NCBI GenBank assembly: GCA_041651395.1
Contig: JBAZJI010000001.1
Span: 25,169 to 89,168 of the forward strand
Direction of reading: 5' to 3'
Origin: Minisyncoccota bacterium
GTDB lineage: Bacteria > Patescibacteriota > Minisyncoccia > Minisyncoccales > JAGOPM01
Length of the DNA stretch: 64,000 bases
Part shown: piece after piece, positions 1 to 8,570 of the stretch
Layout of the letters: every line of letters starts with the position of its first letter
Numbering within the stretch: the first letter of the stretch is position 1
Made by a program: the position numbers and the translations under genes
Notes under the pieces: model-generated
What the model was told of the DNA's origin: nothing
What the model saw: the letters and a program-made list of their open reading frames with translations, nothing else
The model's database searches: none

Positions 1-27
1 AAAAAGAGCCCCACCTGAGTGGGGCAT

Positions 28-492
28 TTACTTTAGATAAGTAACCATAATAGTCGGAATGTATTTTCCTGAGTGGTCAATATTGGTTATCTCGTATGAT
101 TGGGAATGATTTTTAAGCCAATCATTAACCGTGTCCTGCAAGCTGCTCACTGAGTACTGGTTGCAAAATATTTCCACTTGAGTCATTTTTGTTCGGGGCA
201 CGGATGACGGATTATAGGCAATCATCACCGAGGGGATATATTGACCAGATTGTCTGAGATAAACAATTTCGATGTTTTGGTAGTGGTTTTTCAACCATCT
301 ATTAACATCATCTTGGAGCTCATTGACCGAAATCTGATTACAGATTAATTCTACCTTAAGGCCAGCATTAGTGGTTTTCGGTGAAGCGGCGCTAACAGGC
401 CCCTCACTGATGCTCCATGGACTAATGGGCGTTTGGCCACAGCCGGAAAACAGCAAAAAGACTAAGGTAAACAGAATGGCGATATTTTTCAT
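28..492 (-). CDS. Lipoprotein of unknown function made of two tandem homologous ~50-aa domains
   Basis: Signal peptide with lipobox LFSG|C. Residues ~45-95 and ~103-154 align (VELICNQISVNELQDDVNRWLKNH vs VEIFCNQYSVSSLQDTVNDWLKNH; YIPSVMIAYN vs YIPTIMVTYL). AAGGAGG Shine-Dalgarno (plus 501-507) lies 8 nt before the ATG. Confidence 0.75.
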   Translation of the reverse strand: MKNIAILFTLVFLLFSGCGQTPISPWSISEGPVSAASPKTTNAGLKVELICNQISVNELQDDVNRWLKNHYQNIEIVYLRQSGQYIPSVMIAYNPSSVPRTKMTQVEIFCNQYSVSSLQDTVNDWLKNHSQSYEITNIDHSGKYIPTIMVTYLK

Positions 493-523
493 TTGTTAAT
501 CCTCCTTTTAGGAAACTTTTTAT

Positions 524-552
524 ATTATATCATAATATTATAGTAATGTCAA
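524..552 (-). promoter_or_regulatory. Consensus sigma70-type promoter for the lipoprotein gene
   Basis: Minus strand reads TTGACA (552-547), a 17-nt spacer, then TATAAT (529-524), with a TG one base upstream of the -10 (extended -10). Confidence 0.7.
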
Positions 553-559
553 TAATATA

Positions 560-590
560 AAAACTGCCCGCCAAGCGGCGGACGGTTTTT
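560..590. terminator. Bidirectional intrinsic terminator just after the uvrB stop
   Basis: Stem ctgcccgcc / ggcggacgg (564-572 / 577-585), loop aagc, A-run upstream and T-run downstream. Confidence 0.7.
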
Positions 591-2541
591 ATTCTTTGTG
601 AGACTCTTCCATTTTAGCTTTTACGGTTTTGATTTTTTCCGCAATAGAGGCGGCCTTGTCGAACTGCAGGTTGCGCCTGGCTAAATCCAGTTGGTTTTTA
701 AGTTTATGCAGATATTCTTTGAGGAATTCTTTTTTAGGCAAAGCTTTCTCGTCCTCGTCAAAGCGGAAAATATCAGTAATGGCTTTAACAATGGGTTGCG
801 GACTTACGTGATGCTTCCTATTATAATCCATCTGGATTTGGCGCCTTTTATTTGTTGTTTCAATGGCGGCTTTAATGGATTTGGTAAGGCTATCGGCATA
901 CATTATAACTCGGCCTTCTTCGTGGCGGGCGGCGCGGCCCATTATCTGCACCAGGGAAGTTTCGTTACGTAAAAATCCTTCTTTATCCGCATCTAAAATG
1001 GCAATTAAAGAAACTTCGGGCAAGTCCAAACCTTCGCGCAATAAATTGATACCCACCAGCACCTCGTATTTGCCGCGGCGCAAATCAGCCAAAGTTTTGG
1101 TGCGTTCAAAAGTTTTAACGTCGGAGTGCAGATAATTGGTCCGGATTTTTTTCTCTTTAAGATGGCTACTGAGCGCTTCGGCCATTTTTTTGGTCAAGGT
1201 CAGCACGAGCACGCGCTGGTTCTTTTTCTGCCTTATTTCGATTTCTTTAACTAAGTCTTCCACTTGGCCTTCGGTTTTGCGGATTTCTACTTCCGGATCC
1301 AAGAGATAAGTCGGCCTGATAACTTGCTCCACAATTTGGGCGCTTTGACTGCGCTCATAATCTCCGGGTGTAGCCGAAACATAAATGGTGCGTTTTTCGA
1401 TGCCCATAAACTCATTATATTTGAGCGGCCGATTATCCAAGGCCGAGGGCAGGCGGAAACCGTATTCCACTAAAGTTTTTTTGCGGCTTTGGTCGCCTTC
1501 GAACATCCCATGTAATTGGGGTACGCCAATATGTGATTCGTCTAAAAAAAGTAAAAAGTTTTTTGGAAAGTAATCTAAGAGGGTATAGGGCGGGGTGCCG
1601 GGTTTGCGGCCTTCAAGCTGGCGGGAATAATTTTCAATGCCATGGCACCAGCCGGTTTCGCGCATCATGGCCATATCATATTCGGTGCGTCTTTTTATCC
1701 TTTCGGCTTCCAAGAATTTGCCATCATTTTTCAGCTTAGCAGTGTGTTTTTCTAATTCTTTGGAGATTTCTTTCATGGCATCTATCGTCTTTTCGCGCTC
1801 GGAAATCCAAAACTTGGCCGGGAAAAGGGAGATGTCTTTTACTTTTTTGAATTCGCCAAAAGGAGCAGGACAGATTTCAATGCTTTCAATGGCTTCAGGG
1901 GTATTTTTTATCCTGATTATTTCATCCTGACCCGAGGGCCAAATATCCAAATAATTATGCCGGAGGCGGAATTTGCCGCGCCAAAGTTCATAATCATTAC
2001 GCTCAAATTGCAGCTCTACTAATTTATACATTATCTGTTTTTGGGTGAGCTTTTCTCCGACTTTTAGATTAAGAGCAAAGTTTTTATAAGAGTCGGGCTT
2101 GCCTAGGTTATAAATAGCCGAAACTGACGCCACGATTATAGAATCATTGCGGGAAAGGAGGTTTTGGACAGCGGCGTGGCGCATCTGGTCAATATCCTCA
2201 TTAATCTTGGCATCTTTTTCAATATAGGTGTCAGTATTGGGCAAATAAGCTTCAGGCTGATAATAGTCATAGTAGGAAACAAAATAACTTACTTTGTTTT
2301 CCGGAAAAAATGTTTTGAACTCTTCATAAAGCTGGGCGGCTAAGGTTTTATTCGGGGAAATTATCAGGGTAGGGAGCTGGGTCTTTTCAATAATTTTGGC
2401 CATTACATAGGTTTTGCCCGAACCGGTCACACCCCAGAGTGTTTGGAATTTATCATCACGCAAAACACCTTGGGACAGTTTGCTGATAGCTTCGCCCTGG
2501 TCTCCTGTTGGTTCAAACTTTGAGATAACTTTGAATTTCAT
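589..2541 (-). CDS. uvrB: Excinuclease ABC subunit B
   Basis: Walker A GVTGSGKT, DESH box (LDESH), helicase C-terminal motifs, C-terminal UVR motif (LQFDKAASIAEKIK). 650 aa. Start overlaps the uvrC stop by 4 nt. Confidence 0.95.
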   Translation of the reverse strand: MKFKVISKFEPTGDQGEAISKLSQGVLRDDKFQTLWGVTGSGKTYVMAKIIEKTQLPTLIISPNKTLAAQLYEEFKTFFPENKVSYFVSYYDYYQPEAYLPNTDTYIEKDAKINEDIDQMRHAAVQNLLSRNDSIIVASVSAIYNLGKPDSYKNFALNLKVGEKLTQKQIMYKLVELQFERNDYELWRGKFRLRHNYLDIWPSGQDEIIRIKNTPEAIESIEICPAPFGEFKKVKDISLFPAKFWISEREKTIDAMKEISKELEKHTAKLKNDGKFLEAERIKRRTEYDMAMMRETGWCHGIENYSRQLEGRKPGTPPYTLLDYFPKNFLLFLDESHIGVPQLHGMFEGDQSRKKTLVEYGFRLPSALDNRPLKYNEFMGIEKRTIYVSATPGDYERSQSAQIVEQVIRPTYLLDPEVEIRKTEGQVEDLVKEIEIRQKKNQRVLVLTLTKKMAEALSSHLKEKKIRTNYLHSDVKTFERTKTLADLRRGKYEVLVGINLLREGLDLPEVSLIAILDADKEGFLRNETSLVQIMGRAARHEEGRVIMYADSLTKSIKAAIETTNKRRQIQMDYNRKHHVSPQPIVKAITDIFRFDEDEKALPKKEFLKEYLHKLKNQLDLARRNLQFDKAASIAEKIKTVKAKMEESHKE

Positions 2542-3641
2542 ATTTGGCCTTTTAATTTCATCATTCGGCGCTTCTTATTATACCCGATAGCAAAACGGTG
2601 CGCCTCGTCCCTGATTTGCAAAAAAAATCTAGCCAGCTCCGGGGGCAAGGTTTGCAGGTTAAGCGCTTTTTTGGAAAACGGAGAGAATATTTTGGCCTTG
2701 TGCGGATTGCGCTCAATTTTTGTTATGGCTAGAACAGGTATATGTAAATCTCGAGCGGCCTTTAGCTGGCCCTTACCGCCGTCCAAAAGGAAAAGCTCAG
2801 GCGTGGGCCAACTTTTATGGTTAAGCCTTCTTTGCAGGATCTCGCGCAGACTGGAAACATCGTCTTGCCCGCTGACTGATTTTATTTTGAATTTTCGGTA
2901 CTGGGATTTGTCCGGTTTATTGTTTTTGAAAGCCACCATGGAGCCGACGCAAAGCGTGCCGCCCAAGTTGGAGATATCATAACATTCGCTGCGCCCGCCT
3001 TTACCTTCATAGAGTTTCAAGATGGCGCAAAGCATTTGCAGAATCCTTTGGTATTGGTTTTTGTATTGAGCGTTTATGCAATAACCCAAACACAGACCCA
3101 TATCATAATAGAGGCAGGTTTTTTTCGGGAAATGCTTGCAGGTCCGGAAGGGAAGTATTTTGCGCAATTCAGCCAAAAGTTTCTTTAATTCTTTGGCGCT
3201 GACAAATGGCCCGATATATTCAAACTCCTTGTTGTGCGTCTGATGGGTGACAAAAATCAAAGGGAAGTTTTCTTCGCCAATAGCTACATAGGCATAGTTT
3301 TTATCGTCTTTCCACTGAGTATTGTATTTGGGGCGATATTGTTTGATGAGTCTGTTTTCTAAAATTAAGGCTTCTTTTTCGGTTTTGGTGCCAATGGTTT
3401 CTACTCCGGAAACCTGGTCAATGAAATTTTGATCAGGGAAACTTTTTTTAAGGAAATGATCAGATACGCGCTTTTTGAGGTTTTTGGCTTTGCCGATATA
3501 CAAAATCTGCTCCTCGATATTACGGAAAAGGTAGACCCCGGGCTTTTGGGGCAGTTTTTCGACTTGTTCTTTTAGCTCGGCTTGCATGGCTTCAAAATAC
3601 GATATTTGTCGTGATTTTTCAATACTTTGGCCATTTGTCAA
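2538..3641 (-). CDS. uvrC: Short UvrC-like excinuclease subunit (GIY-YIG plus RNase H-like endonuclease domain only)
   Basis: GIY-YIG motifs (GVYLFRN...ILYIGKAKNLKKRV), Cys-rich segment, UvrC endonuclease region (ECYDISNLGG...YRKFKIK...DDVSSLREILQRR...LLDGGKGQL...IRDEAHRFAI). 367 aa. The 3641 start is TTG; ATG at 3587 is an alternative. Confidence 0.85.
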   Translation of the reverse strand: MTNGQSIEKSRQISYFEAMQAELKEQVEKLPQKPGVYLFRNIEEQILYIGKAKNLKKRVSDHFLKKSFPDQNFIDQVSGVETIGTKTEKEALILENRLIKQYRPKYNTQWKDDKNYAYVAIGEENFPLIFVTHQTHNKEFEYIGPFVSAKELKKLLAELRKILPFRTCKHFPKKTCLYYDMGLCLGYCINAQYKNQYQRILQMLCAILKLYEGKGGRSECYDISNLGGTLCVGSMVAFKNNKPDKSQYRKFKIKSVSGQDDVSSLREILQRRLNHKSWPTPELFLLDGGKGQLKAARDLHIPVLAITKIERNPHKAKIFSPFSKKALNLQTLPPELARFFLQIRDEAHRFAIGYNKKRRMMKLKGQI

Positions 3642-3645
3642 GAAG

Positions 3646-3674
3646 TTGACTCTGTCTTTAGCGCGCGATAGTAT
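3646..3674 (+). promoter_or_regulatory. Putative sigma70-type promoter for the amidase gene
   Basis: TTGACT (3646-3651), 17-nt spacer, TAGTAT (3669-3674), 21 nt upstream of ATG 3696. Confidence 0.45.
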
Positions 3675-3695
3675 TGCGGAAAGTAACTAAAAAAT

Positions 3696-4961
3696 ATGGA
3701 TAACAAACTCTTCTTTGGCGGAGGGCTTTTAGCTCTGGCCCTCTTGCTTTTGCCCAATGTTATTTGGGTTAATGGGGCTACAAGCACGGTAGCTACCACA
3801 ACGCCCACGGACAGTTTTCTAAAATCATTAGATGCGCCAAGCGCAGAGGTCACGATGTTTAATGAAAGATTAATCGCTATCGTGGACAAGGCGCAAAAAG
3901 CCAACAAGAATTGGTATGAATCTTTAGATATTGTTTCGCGCAAGGACTTCGATAAAAAATACATGGTTTCTATGGCGGCTAATTTGGAGGCTATTTTGTC
4001 TTTGAGGCGTTTGGAAATCCCGAAAAAATTAGCAACTTCTACCCGGGCGGTTTTGACTAATGTGCGCGATAACTACATCAAGATTTTTAGCATTAAAAAT
4101 GCGAATATTCAAAGAGAATATCAGGTCTTTAACGATTCGGGATTAACTATGTATTTGGCCTCGACCAATCTGCTCGGTGAACAAAATGCCAAATATAATT
4201 CTGCAATTTTGAAGGCATATAATTTAAGCACTGACGGGCAGGGGTATTACAAAAAAACCGACAAGAAGGGTAATGCGCTCAGCGCTGGCAGCGTTTCGAT
4301 TTTCAAACAGCAGGAGCTTTTAACCAAAACCGAAGCCAAGCCGGTAGTAATTAAAAAATTACTGAGCAAAGATTGTTATGACGATATCACTTCCCCGGAC
4401 AGATATTTTAAGAAATTAAATAATCCTCGGCCCATTGATACGGTTGTTGTGCATACATCTTTTTATCAGCCGGATAATGACCCCGCCATTAAGAGGATTT
4501 CCAATGATATTTATAGTGTGGATGGCATTATGGACGTCTGGAATTTTTATGGTGTCGGCCCGCATTATCTTATTGATCGCCAAGGAACGATTTATCAGAC
4601 CGCCGAAGAAAAAAATGTGGCTTGGCACGCGGGAGCCAGCTTGATGCCGGCCCCAGATGGTCGCACCGGGGTAGGGTTATTTTCTATCGGGATTGAACTT
4701 TTGTGCCATGAGACTGACAATCTGACCGATGAGCAAAAACTGTCTTTAGCTTGGTTGGTTAATGATATCGGCACGCGCCATCAGATAAAACATGTTTTGG
4801 GCCATAATGATATTGCCAATAAAGCGGAAGACGAATCTTTCCGTAATGAGGTTAATAAGCTGGGGACAATCGGTAATAATATCAAAACAGATCCTTGGGG
4901 TTTGGTTTGGCACCAGATAAACCTGATTATGAAGAAATTGGATACCCAATACGGACACTGA
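3696..4961 (+). CDS. Secreted or membrane-anchored N-acetylmuramoyl-L-alanine amidase (Amidase_2/PGRP type)
   Basis: N-terminal hydrophobic segment. C-terminal motifs VVVHTS, NVAWHAGAS, GIELL, HVLGHNDI are typical of zinc amidase_2 domains. Confidence 0.8.
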   Translation: MDNKLFFGGGLLALALLLLPNVIWVNGATSTVATTTPTDSFLKSLDAPSAEVTMFNERLIAIVDKAQKANKNWYESLDIVSRKDFDKKYMVSMAANLEAILSLRRLEIPKKLATSTRAVLTNVRDNYIKIFSIKNANIQREYQVFNDSGLTMYLASTNLLGEQNAKYNSAILKAYNLSTDGQGYYKKTDKKGNALSAGSVSIFKQQELLTKTEAKPVVIKKLLSKDCYDDITSPDRYFKKLNNPRPIDTVVVHTSFYQPDNDPAIKRISNDIYSVDGIMDVWNFYGVGPHYLIDRQGTIYQTAEEKNVAWHAGASLMPAPDGRTGVGLFSIGIELLCHETDNLTDEQKLSLAWLVNDIGTRHQIKHVLGHNDIANKAEDESFRNEVNKLGTIGNNIKTDPWGLVWHQINLIMKKLDTQYGH

Positions 4962-4968
4962 CCACCGC

Positions 4969-4992
4969 AAAGCGGCCATTTCGGCCGCTTTT
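4969..4992 (+). terminator. Intrinsic terminator after the amidase gene
   Basis: aaagcggcc / ggccgcttt stem with a 5-nt loop, followed by a T-run. Confidence 0.7.
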
Positions 4993-5037
4993 GCAGTTCC
5001 TTTTCAGAATGGTTTTTCTATGTTATAATATGCAGAT

Positions 5038-7935
5038 TTGGAGAATATGGAACAAGATTTCATCACGCTGACAAATTGCAGTGAAAATAATCTCAAGGGC
5101 GTATCGCTTAAAGTCCCCAAGAATAAATTGGTGGTTTTTTGCGGTCTTTCAGGCTCGGGAAAATCTTCCTTGGTTTTTGATACGATTTACGCCGAAGGGC
5201 AGCGAAGGTATCTGGAAAGCCTTAGCTCTTATGCGCGGCAATTTTTGGGCGGAATTAAAAAGCCTCAAGTTGAGCATATTGAAGGTTTGAACCCCACTAT
5301 TGCCGTGAACCAAAAAACAATTTCGGCCAATCCACGCTCAACCGTGGGGACGATTACGGAAATTTACGACTATATGCGGTTGCTGTTTTCCAATATCGGC
5401 AAGCCGTATTGCCCTAATTGTGATATTTTACTTTCTTCTCAGACCGATTTGGAAATCGCGGCCAAGATTTTTAACTTGGCCAAAGAAAATAAATCAGTGA
5501 AAATCTTGGGCCCGGCCGTGGCAGGACATAAAGGGGAACATAAAGGAACTTTAGAAGAAATTTGCCGTTCTGGCTGGCCGGAGGTGCGCATCAACGGAAT
5601 ATTTTATGCTTGCGAGGAAGCGAGACGCAAAGATTTGGATAAGAACAAGGTGCACAAAATTGATGTTTTGGTCGGCGAGTTTTTGCTCAAAGATGTGATT
5701 GAAAGCAATGATAGGGCTAATGCCAAAAGCAAAACAGAAAAGGAGGCGTTGAAAAATCGCGATAAAAAGCTGAAAGGCTACATGGACGATGAGAAAGAGC
5801 GTATTTTGGAGTGCGTCAAAAAGGCTTTGGAAATCGGCAAAGGCCGCATGGTGGCTTTAGTCAATAATGGCAAGAAAGATAATGAAATTGTTTTTTCCGA
5901 GTTAGAATCCTGCACTAACTGTAATTTTTCCATGCCCAAAATTGAGCCGAGGTTTTTTTCTTTCAATAGCCCTTTTGGCGCTTGTCCGACTTGCCAAGGC
6001 TTGGGCAATATTTTGAAAGTTGACCCAAAACTTATTTTGGCTCCGAGCCTTTCCATTGAAGAGGGGGCGATTGTGCCTTGGGCTTCGCTTTCCATGTTTT
6101 CTCGCCGGGTTTTGGCTGTTTCTTTCCAAGAAGCCAAGCTGCAGGAAATTTCTGATAAATACGGCTTCACTTTATCCATGCCTTGGCACGAGATTTCCGA
6201 GCCGGCCAAAAATATTATTCTTAACGGAAGCGAAATTGACGAGTGGGAGGGGGTTATCCCGCGAATGGAGCGGATGTATCACCAAACAGAATCAGAATAT
6301 GCCCGGGAGGAAATCAGTAAGTATATGACTAATTTGGTTTGCCCCGATTGCAATGGCGCCCGTTTACGCAAAGAGGCTTTGGCTGTTAAAGTGGCTGGAA
6401 AAAATATCGCCGATTATTGCAGTTTGCCAGTTTGTGAAGCTATCATCGCTCTTAAAGAGGTCGTGGAAAAAATAACTAAAGAAGATCAGAAGGTAGCGCA
6501 AAGCATCATTAATGAGATGGTTAAGCGCATGACTTTTTTGGAAGATGTGGGCGTGGAATATATTTCTTTGGCGCGGCAAGCCAATACTTTATCAGTCGGG
6601 GAGAATCAGAGAATACGCTTAGCTTGCCAGCTGGGCAGTGGTTTATCGGGGATTCTTTATATTTTAGACGAGCCGACCATCGGCCTGCACGAGCGCGATA
6701 TCGACAGGCTGATTATGTCTATAAGAAAATTAGTGGAGTTGAAAAATACCGTTTTGGTTGTGGAACATGATGCCCGGGTGATGGAGGCCGCTGACTGGAT
6801 TGTGGAAATCGGCCCGGCCGCCGGCATTAATGGCGGCAAAGTAGTTTTTGAAGGTACTCCCGAGCAGCTTAAAAAATCCAAAACCGTGACGGGTATGTAT
6901 TTTGGCGGCAAGGAGGCTGTGGCTTCTGGCGTTGATAAGTTGGAGGTCAGCAAGAATAATAATTGGTTGGAGCTTTTAGGAGCCAAGCAGTTTAATCTTA
7001 AGGGCGTGAATCTTAAAGTGCCTTTGGAACGCTTTAATGTGGTAACCGGTGTTTCGGGCGCGGGCAAATCTACTTTGGTTTTGGATATTTTGGCCAAGGC
7101 CATGCAGCTGGAAATCGGCCGTCAATTAGTGGTGCCCGGCGAATACAAGCAGCTAAATGGGAAAAACCATATCAATAAGATTATTGTTATTGATCAGAGC
7201 CCTATTGGCCGCACGCCTCGATCGAATCCAGCCACTTATACGGGGTTATTTACCTATATCCGAGGGCTTTTTCAGCAGACTTATGATGCTCGTGTGCGCG
7301 GTTTTAACCAAGGGCATTTTAGTTTTAATACCAAGCAGGGTCGGTGTCCATCCTGCCAAGGAGAGGGGTATAAAAAAGTAGAGATGTATTTTTTACCAGA
7401 TGTTTTTGTGCAGTGCGAGGTTTGTCATGGCAAACGCTTTACTCCCGAGGTTTTGAATGTGAAGTATAATGGTAAAAATATCGCTGAAGTTTTGGATATG
7501 AGTGTGGCTGATGCTTATAAATTTTACCAAGATATTCCACCTCTCGCGGCCAAATTAGGTTTACTTATGCAAATTGGTTTGGACTATTTGAAGTTGGGGC
7601 AACCCTCGACGGAGCTTTCTGGCGGAGAGTCGCAGCGGATTAAATTAGCCGAGGAGCTTTCACGACGGGATACAGGCTTTACTTTTTATATTTTAGACGA
7701 GCCGACTACCGGTTTGCATTTCCACGACGTCAAAAAACTAATGGTTATTTTGCGCAAGTTAGTGGAAAAGAAAAATACTGTTTTGGTTATTGAACATAAT
7801 CCTGATATGGTACGCGAGGCTGATTATATTGTTGAACTTGGGCCAGAGGGTGGCGCCAAGGGAGGCAAAATTATTTTTGAAGGTACATTGCAGGAAATGC
7901 GTAAAGCCAAGACCTGGACCGCCAAGTATATTTGA
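5038..7935 (+). CDS. uvrA: Excinuclease ABC subunit A
   Basis: Two ABC modules (GLSGSGKSS and GVSGAGKST Walker A; LSVGENQR and LSGGESQR signatures), Cys4 zinc modules. 965 aa. 5038 is TTG; ATG at 5047 (GGAG just upstream) is an alternative start. Confidence 0.95.
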   Translation: MENMEQDFITLTNCSENNLKGVSLKVPKNKLVVFCGLSGSGKSSLVFDTIYAEGQRRYLESLSSYARQFLGGIKKPQVEHIEGLNPTIAVNQKTISANPRSTVGTITEIYDYMRLLFSNIGKPYCPNCDILLSSQTDLEIAAKIFNLAKENKSVKILGPAVAGHKGEHKGTLEEICRSGWPEVRINGIFYACEEARRKDLDKNKVHKIDVLVGEFLLKDVIESNDRANAKSKTEKEALKNRDKKLKGYMDDEKERILECVKKALEIGKGRMVALVNNGKKDNEIVFSELESCTNCNFSMPKIEPRFFSFNSPFGACPTCQGLGNILKVDPKLILAPSLSIEEGAIVPWASLSMFSRRVLAVSFQEAKLQEISDKYGFTLSMPWHEISEPAKNIILNGSEIDEWEGVIPRMERMYHQTESEYAREEISKYMTNLVCPDCNGARLRKEALAVKVAGKNIADYCSLPVCEAIIALKEVVEKITKEDQKVAQSIINEMVKRMTFLEDVGVEYISLARQANTLSVGENQRIRLACQLGSGLSGILYILDEPTIGLHERDIDRLIMSIRKLVELKNTVLVVEHDARVMEAADWIVEIGPAAGINGGKVVFEGTPEQLKKSKTVTGMYFGGKEAVASGVDKLEVSKNNNWLELLGAKQFNLKGVNLKVPLERFNVVTGVSGAGKSTLVLDILAKAMQLEIGRQLVVPGEYKQLNGKNHINKIIVIDQSPIGRTPRSNPATYTGLFTYIRGLFQQTYDARVRGFNQGHFSFNTKQGRCPSCQGEGYKKVEMYFLPDVFVQCEVCHGKRFTPEVLNVKYNGKNIAEVLDMSVADAYKFYQDIPPLAAKLGLLMQIGLDYLKLGQPSTELSGGESQRIKLAEELSRRDTGFTFYILDEPTTGLHFHDVKKLMVILRKLVEKKNTVLVIEHNPDMVREADYIVELGPEGGAKGGKIIFEGTLQEMRKAKTWTAKYI

Positions 7936-7940
7936 TGTGT

Positions 7941-7968
7941 AAAACCGCCTTAGAAGGGCGGTTTTTTT
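7941..7968 (+). terminator. Intrinsic terminator after uvrA
   Basis: ccgcc(t) / (g)ggcgg stem, 5-nt loop, T7 run at 7962-7968. Confidence 0.75.
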
Positions 7969-7990
7969 GTTGTATAATTTAGAAAACATT

Positions 7991-8521
7991 ATGAAAATCA
8001 AAAAAGACTTGGCTATTGGTTTGCTGGCTGGTTTGACTATAGCCGTTATTGCCTTTATTTGGTGGTATTATGCCCAACAGCCGCCAAGCACTAAAGCGCC
8101 GGAAAATGTGGCCACTAGCACTAAACCCCAAGCCAAAAATGCTCCGCCTCCGGTTCAGAGCACCCCTAAAATCGCCACTCCATTGCCTTTGCCGACGGTT
8201 GATACCATTGATGTTTTGTTGGAAAATATTTTGTCCATCAATGGGTCGAAGTCTCGCGTCGAGAAATGGTCCGGCGCGGCTTGCTTAAAGTCCAAAGATA
8301 TTAGGGGCATAAAATTTACCGCCAAGACTAAATTTAATTTTACTGCCTACTTTCAAAATAAGGGTTTTGTGGCTGACAACCAATGTGCGGCTGATGGTAC
8401 AATTGGCGGTTTAGCTGGCTATATCCGGAAAAAAGATGGCGCTTATTGTTCGGTGGAATGGCTGAAAAATGATGTTATTAATGGTATAGAGTTTAAGATA
8501 GCTTGCGAGTATGCAATTTAG
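7991..8521 (+). CDS. Membrane-anchored hypothetical protein (TM helix, Pro-rich linker, Cys-containing extracytoplasmic domain)
   Basis: ATG at 7991 follows TATAAT at 7973-7978. The TTG at 7967 lies inside the uvrA terminator T-run. TM segment LAIGLLAGLTIAVIAFIWWYY. I recognise no family. Confidence 0.6.
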   Translation: MKIKKDLAIGLLAGLTIAVIAFIWWYYAQQPPSTKAPENVATSTKPQAKNAPPPVQSTPKIATPLPLPTVDTIDVLLENILSINGSKSRVEKWSGAACLKSKDIRGIKFTAKTKFNFTAYFQNKGFVADNQCAADGTIGGLAGYIRKKDGAYCSVEWLKNDVINGIEFKIACEYAI

Positions 8522-8529
8522 TTAAATAG

Positions 8530-8557
8530 AGCCGCTAGGCAAAAGCCTAGCGGTTTT
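8530..8557 (+). terminator. Intrinsic terminator
   Basis: ccgctaggc / gcctagcgg 9-bp stem, aaaa loop, T-run at 8554-8557. Confidence 0.75.
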
Positions 8558-8570
8558 GTATAATCCCGAT

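Noticed and set aside
3638-3964. 108-aa minus-strand ORF overlapping the start of the amidase gene.
   Set aside because: It is antisense to the amidase N-terminus and overlaps the uvrC start region. It has no recognisable motif, and the amidase frame is the one with the signal sequence and conserved domain.
6657-7103. 148-aa ORF antisense to uvrA. Similar long antisense ORFs occur at 13313-13792 in leuS, 5778-6209 in uvrA, 41234-41731 in hisS, 47900-48325, 44549-44923 and 40669-41010.
   Set aside because: All lie fully inside strongly conserved genes on the opposite strand. They have Ser/Pro/Leu/Lys-skewed composition typical of antisense frames and no start-site signals. They are most simply explained as shadow ORFs.
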